Positions 57,296 through 64,000 of a stretch of 64,000 nucleotides of DNA are shown here, in pieces (the first letter of the stretch is position 1; every line of letters starts with the position of its first letter). The stretch is from the NCBI GenBank assembly GCA_029855935.1, contig JAGSHN010000012.1, positions 160,001 to 224,000 of the forward strand. The letters run 5' to 3'. A program made the translations under genes and the position numbers. The notes under the pieces are model-generated. The model was not told the DNA's origin and did no database searches. It saw only the letters and a program-made list of their open reading frames with translations. The stretch comes from Candidatus Thorarchaeota archaeon (lineage in GTDB: Archaea; Asgardarchaeota; Thorarchaeia; Thorarchaeales; Thorarchaeaceae).

Positions 57296-57378
57296 CAGCA
57301 GGTGACGTCCCACATTGTACCAAGCGGACAATGAAGATTCATCTCTTCGGCCTCTTGTTGTAGAGGAGGAGTAATCAG

Positions 57379-58275
57379 GTGTACAGCATTGTAGTGGTCG
57401 GCAACTTGGCTCGGCTGATCTCGGCCAGGGGTGCTGCCGATGGGCCATTCGTCGGACCGGCAGTGGTGGCTGCATCGACTGTCGCACGACTGGGTGTGTA
57501 TGAGATGGCACTCCTCGGCGGCACCACGCAGGAATGGAAGCCGGATGCTGTGTCGGACTTCGACCAGTGTAGCATCTCCGAGTTCGTTTCTATCACGCGC
57601 CCGGAGCATCTCACAACGGAAATTGTCAATGTCCGCGGGGAAACCCTACGTCTGGGGGTCATCACTGACCGGATAAACATCCGTGAGTTTCCAGACGAGT
57701 TCCTCGGTTCTCGACTGATTCTTCTCTCTCCCTTTGCCGAGGAGGTTGACGACGAGCTGATAGAGTGGATGAGCACCTCCGGTGACGCGACCATCGTCCT
57801 CGATCCGAGTCTATATCGTGTGGTGAAGCGACGCGTCATCAGGGTCCCCATGGACCCTATCGATGCAAAGCATATACTGCGCCACGTTGATATTGTGCTG
57901 CTCAACGAGTCTGAGGCGGAGTTCATGGTTGGCGACTCCGACCCGATGGTGGCTGCTGAGCTTCTTGTCGAATGGGGTGCTGGCACTAGTATTGTGACCA
58001 GAGGGGAACAGGGCAGCGTGATGTACGGGGGTGAAGACTTTGTGATGATTCCCTCTTTCAACAGTGGCGCCCCGCCGCGCTGCTGGACTGGGTCATCATT
58101 TGCGGCAGCCTTCTCAACGGCCCTGACAGCAGGTTCTAGAATGGAGGAGGCCATTGCCTACGGCTCTAGCGTGGCGAGCGTATATGTCGAGGAGAAAGAC
58201 CACTCATCTCCGATGGACCTGCGTGAGATAGAGCGTCGGTGGGAGCACATTCGTGGAATGATTGAGTACTGCTGA
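57379..58275 (+). CDS. PfkB-like kinase fold protein, degenerate anion-hole motif
   Basis: LNE.EA, VT.G..G. The canonical D.TGAGD is replaced by CWTGSSF. Confidence 0.7.
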   Translation: MYSIVVVGNLARLISARGAADGPFVGPAVVAASTVARLGVYEMALLGGTTQEWKPDAVSDFDQCSISEFVSITRPEHLTTEIVNVRGETLRLGVITDRINIREFPDEFLGSRLILLSPFAEEVDDELIEWMSTSGDATIVLDPSLYRVVKRRVIRVPMDPIDAKHILRHVDIVLLNESEAEFMVGDSDPMVAAELLVEWGAGTSIVTRGEQGSVMYGGEDFVMIPSFNSGAPPRCWTGSSFAAAFSTALTAGSRMEEAIAYGSSVASVYVEEKDHSSPMDLREIERRWEHIRGMIEYC

Positions 58276-58285
58276 CTGGCCTGGA

Positions 58286-58639
58286 CTACACCTCTGTCAG
58301 GTCGAACACCTTGTTCAGGGTGTCGAGGAGAAAGGCCTTGGCCTCCCGCATGGCCTCACGTCCCCGCTGGGTGATCTCATAGTACTTCCGTGGCGACTCT
58401 GTGTTTCGCTGTTCCTGTATTAGCCCGTCCTTGACGAGACGATATATGATTGCATAGCCGCTCACCGTGGCAGGAGAGAAACCGAACCTCTTGCTCACAA
58501 GGGCCTTCAGCTCATATCCGTAGTGTGGCCGTTCTTGAAGCAGTCTCAGAATGTAGATCCACAGCATCTCCTTTGTCATCTTGTCGACAAGACGCCCGAT
58601 GGCCTTTGGCCGGTCCCTAGACGACTCCTCTCCTAGCAT
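58286..58639 (-). CDS. PadR family transcriptional regulator
   Basis: IL.LL...P.YGYEL, Y....RL..DGLI, RKYY.IT..G. Confidence 0.9.
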   Translation of the reverse strand: MLGEESSRDRPKAIGRLVDKMTKEMLWIYILRLLQERPHYGYELKALVSKRFGFSPATVSGYAIIYRLVKDGLIQEQRNTESPRKYYEITQRGREAMREAKAFLLDTLNKVFDLTEV

Positions 58640-59240
58640 TGTGCGTCATCCTCTCGAAGTGCGATATCACCATTGCGATACAGTGGCTGCTCAAGTAGCT
58701 TCTCGGCCCAAGTGATATGGCGGGGATGTGCATCTCCCCTATCACTCTCCGGGCCTGCGAATCAAAGCCCATGTGGTCTCCCAGCATAAAACTGTTCTCT
58801 GCTTTGTGAATACCAGAGTCAATCTCTGTCAGATCTCGACCTCCCTCATCCAGCACCCAGAGATGCCCGCCATGCCGTCGTATCTGTGCCACAACATCAC
58901 GGACGCTCGCGTTCTCAACGCTCACGAAGGGGGGAGGTCTTCCATCCAGTGAGTCCTTGATCGCCTTGGCCCAGGCGACCTCTCCTATGGGAGGACTATC
59001 TGGAGGGGCTGTGAAATGTAGGGCCTTGGTGTCGCCGAGGATGGCCACGAGCTCGATACGCTCCCTCGGCCATATGGTCGGTGCCCAGTCAAAACAGGCG
59101 GCTAGGTCTCTGCATAGAATGTCAATTCTGCGACCGCTGCCCGGGAGATCTTTTAGAATGAAGCGGGTTGCTGGTGGAGTGCGTGGCATGAGCTGGATGA
59201 AGCGGAGTATGCCCTGCTTCTTCGTCATCTGGAGTACCAA
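58617..59240 (-). CDS. trmY: tRNA pseudouridine-54 N1-methyltransferase (SPOUT)
   Basis: F.L.DLPG.G.R.DILCR, L.E.G, F.LGDH.G, SLGP......HCI. Confidence 0.85.
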   Translation of the reverse strand: MVLQMTKKQGILRFIQLMPRTPPATRFILKDLPGSGRRIDILCRDLAACFDWAPTIWPRERIELVAILGDTKALHFTAPPDSPPIGEVAWAKAIKDSLDGRPPPFVSVENASVRDVVAQIRRHGGHLWVLDEGGRDLTEIDSGIHKAENSFMLGDHMGFDSQARRVIGEMHIPAISLGPRSYLSSHCIAMVISHFERMTHNARRGVV

Positions 59241-59308
59241 CTGCCCCCTGTGCCCGTGAGGACCTGATGCACAGACAGTATGTATGTCATTGTGACGTGA
59301 TGCGATGT

Positions 59309-59596
59309 CTAGTAGTATCCGCGCCTCGGCTTTCTCTCGGCCGCACTACGAATCTGCAGCTTGCCTGAGTGAATGGCGCAACTGATACAGTAGTACTCGG
59401 TCACGACGCGTGTGTGTATGAACGCGCCCTGTTTTCGCAGCTCACGTGCCAGCTGCGGGTCTACAGCCGAGACTCTGCGCGTGAACTTCTTGGCCTTGTC
59501 CGCAGGAACAATCCTGCCACACTTGGAACACTGTACCGTACCGGTCCTTCCGGAGCCGCCCTTTGCGCGGCCGCCAGACTTTCTCTTCTTACCCAC
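59309..59596 (-). CDS. rps26e: 30S ribosomal protein S26e
   Basis: KKR.SGGR.KG..G, VQCS.CGR.VP.DKA, YCISCAIH...IRS..ER. Confidence 0.96.
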   Translation of the reverse strand: MGKKRKSGGRAKGGSGRTGTVQCSKCGRIVPADKAKKFTRRVSAVDPQLARELRKQGAFIHTRVVTEYYCISCAIHSGKLQIRSAAERKPRRGYY

Positions 59597-59677
59597 AGTA
59601 GTCCACCAGCGGTGTTTTTCACGGCGCCCCCTACTATTTGCCTTAAAACCTTGTGGCTATCTCCATTTATCCCCCTG

Positions 59678-60751
59678 TCATCGGGTCTGTTTCTTGACAA
59701 TCCTCTCCACCTCGTCGATAATCTTGGCATTGAGTCGCACTATGTCCTCGTCCACAATCCGCTCGACCTGGTCGTGAAGCCGCGGACAGCGCTCTCCTGC
59801 GAGTCCTCTCATTGAGGCCTCCACAGATAGCCCGACGAGGAACGGGTTGTACCCCCCCTCCAGCACCCAGAATGATCCGGACGCGTCTGTTTCCTCAACC
59901 AGTTCTCTGATCAGTCGGCCTATGCGCCAGAAGGTGGAGCTGTCGACGTTCATGTTCCCCACGGGATCGCCGTAGTGGGCATCGTAGCCCGCGGAGACAG
60001 CAATGATGTCAGGGTTGAAACTGACTATTGCAGGTCTAACAACACGCTCTAGGGCCTCCGTGTAGGACTCGTCAGGCGAGTTTTCTGCAAGGGGGATATT
60101 GATGTTCGTGCCCAGACCGTCCCCGTGGCCTCTCTCAAGGAAGTGACCCGAGCTGGGATTCTCAAAGTCATATTCATGGATCGAGATGTACTGTACAGTA
60201 GAGTCCGCATAGAAGATCTCTGCCGTACCATTCCCGTGATGGTCGTCGAAGTCAAGTATTGAGACTCGCTTGGCCTCAGACTTCTGCAGCGACCTTGTTG
60301 CTATTGCCACGTTGTTGAAGTAGCAGAGCCCCATAGCAGTCGATGTGGATGCGTGATGACCAGGCGGGCGCATGATGGAGAAGGCATGTCTCGCCTTCCC
60401 CTCTTGGACAAGGTGAGCAGCCTCAATGGCTGCGCCCGCTGCAAGTCGGGCAGTCCTGTACAGCGCAGGACTGGCATAAGCAGCATCCCCCACCTCCCCA
60501 CCGCCAAGCTTCGACATCAACATCACCAGTTCAATGAGATACCGCGAGTGAACGGTTGCCAGCTCGTCTTGGGTTGCCAGTCTCGGGGTGATGGTTTCAA
60601 TAACGTCCCTGAATCCGCACCTGTCAAGATGCTGGAGAATCATCTGGACGCGAAGTGGCCGCTCAAATGACTCGAGATGAGGTCTCGGAAATGGCATTAC
60701 GTGTTCCGTGACGTCCGGATGGGTCACGACGACGATATCGGCGAGGGCCAC
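59678..60751 (-). CDS. histone deacetylase family (acetyl-lysine/acetylpolyamine amidohydrolase)
   Basis: RPPGHHA....G.CYFNN.A, D.D.HHGNGT, S.H, N.PL, SAGYDAH..DP, LEGGY. Confidence 0.93.
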   Translation of the reverse strand: MALADIVVVTHPDVTEHVMPFPRPHLESFERPLRVQMILQHLDRCGFRDVIETITPRLATQDELATVHSRYLIELVMLMSKLGGGEVGDAAYASPALYRTARLAAGAAIEAAHLVQEGKARHAFSIMRPPGHHASTSTAMGLCYFNNVAIATRSLQKSEAKRVSILDFDDHHGNGTAEIFYADSTVQYISIHEYDFENPSSGHFLERGHGDGLGTNINIPLAENSPDESYTEALERVVRPAIVSFNPDIIAVSAGYDAHYGDPVGNMNVDSSTFWRIGRLIRELVEETDASGSFWVLEGGYNPFLVGLSVEASMRGLAGERCPRLHDQVERIVDEDIVRLNAKIIDEVERIVKKQTR

Positions 60752-60757
60752 GCGAGC

Positions 60758-62251
60758 TCACCACTCAAGACTCTGCAGCACGTCCTTATACTCTTGCCTC
60801 TGCGCCAACGGAAACCAGTCCTCTACCCTCATGACATATCTGTACAGAACATTCTCCGCGCGAGCCATTACAGTGTCTCTCCTCCTCCTACGGCTCAGCC
60901 CGCTGATGGGATGTCTCTCAAGATAGTACTCTATGAACTCGTCAACGTCTGTCCACCTTCTCGTGACGTCCACCCAGACGTATCCGTCCTTCTCGTAGGT
61001 GCGAGAATGTCGCTTCTTGAAGGCCCTGACGGCGTCTCCAAGGTCGAGCGGAGGTCCTCTCCTCTTGTACACAGGCTCAATCTTGGGCCGCTCCACGATG
61101 AGGGACGCTGCAAAGGTGTACCCCTCGAAGTACACCTCCCAGAGGACATCTCCAAACCTGACCTCACCTGTTCCCTCCCGGGCCAAGGCTGCGCTGAGGC
61201 CGCGCATGAGCCTGTAGATCTTGTCCCGGTAGAGAGTGTAGTGTTTCTCAGGGTCGCCGATGAACCTGATAGTCCTGCAGTGCGGTGCGAGCCAAGTTGG
61301 CAGAGGGTCGTCTGGTATCGGCTTCTCAATGACAATGGCGACCGCAGCGTTGTCGCGTCTATGTGCTGTCAGCTCCTGCAGATGGGCGAGCCTCTGCTGC
61401 ACCCATCTTATCGCCCTGGGAGAGAAACTTGCTCCCACGTTCCTATTCGGGTCGACAGGGTCTATTATGACAGCGAAGTCCTCCTCTATGGACGGTACCT
61501 GCTTGACTAGTTCTTGAGGGTTCCTCCGAAACGGATCAACCGGTCGTCTTCCAAGGCCACCAAGCAACGAGGCTGCGCCATCCAGTCCATCTCCAAGAAT
61601 GACCAGCACCTCAATGGCATAACCCGTGAGCCCTATCTGACCCACCGCACAGGAGTCACCGTAGGCGTGGGAGGCCCTGACGAACGACTTCAGTATCCGG
61701 ACATCCTCCCGCAGTTCGTCCGTCAGATGACTGACCACATAGCGCGTGTGATGGACAGTTCGGTCCACTGCTGTCAGGGGCCCCGTGTGCAACAACGTCT
61801 CAGCAGGCAGATCAAAACAGAAAATGATGTCTACGTCTATGCCATCTATCACTGCGCTCAGGTACGGATGCTGGGAGTAGGCCTTTACCATCTTTGTGGC
61901 CCCAGCGGCACGGGCAGCAGGTGCGAACCACTCGTTGACAAGGCCATCAAACTCTCTGGATATCAGGCGATCGCGCTCGGGTCGTGGGAGTGATACGATC
62001 TCCTCATAGTCTTCTGGTCGAAGCGCAACAAACAGGTCTATGTCGGCTGCACCACGGATCTGGGTCTGTTTCTCGCCAGTCGATCCCTGCGGCTCAATTG
62101 AGCTAAATCTCCTGCCCTGTTTCCGCCCAAGCTCTGCGAGATGCGTGGTGATCTTCTCGATGACCTTCCTCTGATGGCGTATCTCCTGAGGCGTGGGGGT
62201 GATATTGTCAAGTATCATCTTTCTTGCTCGTGACGTAAGGAGGCGCGCCAT
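60758..62251 (-). CDS. cca: CCA-adding enzyme, class I (archaeal)
   Basis: GS....T..RG..DID.F, Y.QHPY, AVDRT..H..YV, VR.LK.F, G..GY..E.L, DPVDP.RNV.A, GPP; ATG 62251 chosen as start. Confidence 0.9.
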   Translation of the reverse strand: MARLLTSRARKMILDNITPTPQEIRHQRKVIEKITTHLAELGRKQGRRFSSIEPQGSTGEKQTQIRGAADIDLFVALRPEDYEEIVSLPRPERDRLISREFDGLVNEWFAPAARAAGATKMVKAYSQHPYLSAVIDGIDVDIIFCFDLPAETLLHTGPLTAVDRTVHHTRYVVSHLTDELREDVRILKSFVRASHAYGDSCAVGQIGLTGYAIEVLVILGDGLDGAASLLGGLGRRPVDPFRRNPQELVKQVPSIEEDFAVIIDPVDPNRNVGASFSPRAIRWVQQRLAHLQELTAHRRDNAAVAIVIEKPIPDDPLPTWLAPHCRTIRFIGDPEKHYTLYRDKIYRLMRGLSAALAREGTGEVRFGDVLWEVYFEGYTFAASLIVERPKIEPVYKRRGPPLDLGDAVRAFKKRHSRTYEKDGYVWVDVTRRWTDVDEFIEYYLERHPISGLSRRRRRDTVMARAENVLYRYVMRVEDWFPLAQRQEYKDVLQSLEW

Positions 62252-62342
62252 CGTGCTCACGGATGGCCCTCGGTCGAGGATAAAGAATCTGCCTCTCACG
62301 TAACATTGAACTGATGGCGGTAGCGCCTTTTCTCGGAAGGTA

Positions 62343-62843
62343 GTGGAGATGTCGTCGATACTACCAATTGCAATCACTATCTTGCGGTGTGATGGCAGTT
62401 TTCTATTCATACGGAGGAGGCAGGCCCCATACGAGGGGCTCTGGAGCCTCGTCGGTGGGAAGATCCGTCCTGGTGAGCACATTGCGGCTGCGGCGGTTCG
62501 TGAGATACTTGAGGAGACGGGAGCAGAGAGTGTGCACGGGTATCGATACCAAGGGGTTGTATCGGAGCGCCTTGTTGATGCTACTGGTCACCTGTTGCAG
62601 CACTTCTTGATCTTTGTAGGTAGCGCTGATATTGACTCGTACTCTCCTCGTCACCGAGAGGGCGATCTGCGTCTGTTCACGCGAGCCGAAACCCGGGCTC
62701 GACGGGCTGAGTTCCTTCCGTCGGACCTCCACATGTTCGAAACAATGAGTGGAAGCGACCACGACTGTGGCCTTTATGAGGCAGAGCTCGTACAGGTGAA
62801 TGGCTCCTACTCTCTCAACTACTATCGGAAGTATGACGGTTGA
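62343..62843 (+). CDS. NUDIX hydrolase
   Basis: Nudix box GGKIRPGE....AAVREILEETG. Confidence 0.88.
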   Translation: MEMSSILPIAITILRCDGSFLFIRRRQAPYEGLWSLVGGKIRPGEHIAAAAVREILEETGAESVHGYRYQGVVSERLVDATGHLLQHFLIFVGSADIDSYSPRHREGDLRLFTRAETRARRAEFLPSDLHMFETMSGSDHDCGLYEAELVQVNGSYSLNYYRKYDG

Positions 62844-63811
62844 AGGTCGGCATGATTGACGTGGTTCCCATTGCTGCTGAGTCACTCGGGGTCAGATCTA
62901 TGTGCACACGAATTGTGACTCCTGACATCCGTCTGATTCTCGACCCCTCCGCTGCCCTGTCCCGACGCAACGGTCTCGAACCACATCCTGTTGAATACAG
63001 GCGTCTGCGTGAGACGCTCGAGCGCATCTTTGTTGAGGTTCGAGCTGCAGACCTCGTGTCAATATCGCACTATCACTTTGACCATGTGCGTCCGGGCTTC
63101 ACAGATTTTCGGTATACCTTTGGCTCCCGAGAGGAACTGCAGCGACTCTTTGAGGGGAAGCGGATCCTCGCAAAGGACTACAGAGATCACATCAATGCTT
63201 CGCAGAGGCGTCGGGCCTACTATTTCGAGAAGGACCTTCGTGGTGTGGCCGGGGAGATGGTCTGGGCCGACGCCTCTCGCCTTGAGGTTGGAAACACAAC
63301 GATCACGTTCTCCTCCCCGCTTCCTCACGGACCCGACAGGACCCCCTTGGGCTTTGTGCTTGCCACAACAGTCGAATATGACGGCACGCGTGTATTGTTT
63401 GCACCGGACCTCCAAGGCCCGGTCAGTGATAGTTCGTTGAAGTTCATCCTTGACACTGTACCTGATCTGCTGATCATAGGCGGTCCTCCGACATACCTCC
63501 AGCAATTTGCTCCACACCTGAGGACTGCTCGCGGGAACCTCATAGAGATCGTCGCTCGAATACCCCTTGTCGCCGTGGACCATCACCTGCTTCGGTCGAT
63601 GACTTGGCGGGAGTGGCTGGCTCCCGTGTCTGAAGAGGCCGAACGGAACGAGACCGACCTGAAAACACTCGCGGCCCTTGCCGGCCGCAGCGAGGACTGT
63701 CTTGAGGCACGTCGGCGACAGCTCTACGACGCAATGCCGCCCTCCGAGGAGTTTATAGACTGGACAAAGGCAACACGTGAGTACAAGATGCATCACCCTC
63801 CTCCCCTCTGA
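62840..63811 (+). CDS. UPF0282 metallo-beta-lactamase-fold hydrolase
   Basis: P.A.ES.GVRSM, DP..AL, ISHYH.DH, IN.SQ..R, PHG....LG.V, GGPPTY, DHHLLR. Confidence 0.88.
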   Translation: MKVGMIDVVPIAAESLGVRSMCTRIVTPDIRLILDPSAALSRRNGLEPHPVEYRRLRETLERIFVEVRAADLVSISHYHFDHVRPGFTDFRYTFGSREELQRLFEGKRILAKDYRDHINASQRRRAYYFEKDLRGVAGEMVWADASRLEVGNTTITFSSPLPHGPDRTPLGFVLATTVEYDGTRVLFAPDLQGPVSDSSLKFILDTVPDLLIIGGPPTYLQQFAPHLRTARGNLIEIVARIPLVAVDHHLLRSMTWREWLAPVSEEAERNETDLKTLAALAGRSEDCLEARRRQLYDAMPPSEEFIDWTKATREYKMHHPPPL

Positions 63812-63862
63812 GGGTTTGTATGACATACCTTTTAGTAAAGAAACAACCCAGCCATCTCGAAG

Positions 63863-64000
63863 ATGAGTCCATCAGTGTCCTCTACCAATCACTTCGAGAC
63901 TGAAACAGTGAGGTATCTCGTGGGAAATCTCGGTCTGCAGGTGCTCAACCTGATTGACCAAGGCTGTACCACTGACACAGACCTCATGCGGTTCTCAAGC
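63863..64000 (+). CDS. 5' fragment of hypothetical protein (runs off window)
   Basis: ATG 63863 is open to the window end: MSPSVSSTNHFETETVRYLVGNLGLQVLNLIDQGCTTDTDLMRFSS. Confidence 0.5.
   Translation, partial: MSPSVSSTNHFETETVRYLVGNLGLQVLNLIDQGCTTDTDLMRFSS

Noticed and set aside
62252-62482. Upstream extensions of ORF-track calls (cca, tldD, pmbA, tfb, nikM, 51166)
   Set aside because: The extensions overlap neighbouring genes or promoters and lack family similarity, so downstream starts were chosen. NikM needs the N-terminal Met-His given by GTG 28625.

Overview
Gene-dense archaeal chromosomal segment, GC-rich by eye. It almost certainly comes from an Asgard archaeon, most likely Thorarchaeia. 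The archaeal markers are class I LysRS, TFB, aIF5A, eL13, eS26, class I CCA enzyme, DGGGP synthase, TrmY, Nob1 and PAC2. They occur with many eukaryotic-signature proteins: ESCRT-II, ESCRT-III, Vps4, Bet3/TRAPP-like V4R proteins, roadblock and longin domains, Yip1 and an alpha-SNAP-like solenoid. The highlight is an ESCRT locus (4730-12633) with apparently re-wired ESCRT-I/II domains. One gene joins a Vps28 N-terminal-like hairpin to Vps22/36 winged helices. Another encodes a 12-Cys B-box/RING-like zinc module, a coiled coil, a Vps36-GLUE-like PH domain, a Pro/Ser linker and a Vps23-type steadiness box, with no UEV domain. No ubiquitin genes are nearby. A second notable locus (46312-51232) is a duplicated roadblock-wHTH plus Bet3-like V4R cassette around two related membrane proteins. 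The window also holds a NikR-NikMNQO/HypB nickel cluster with a candidate operator, two tRNAs (His-GUG, Leu-CAG) and a wHTH gene missed by the ORF track. No mobile elements or CRISPR arrays were seen. All family assignments come from motif recognition by eye; no searches were run.
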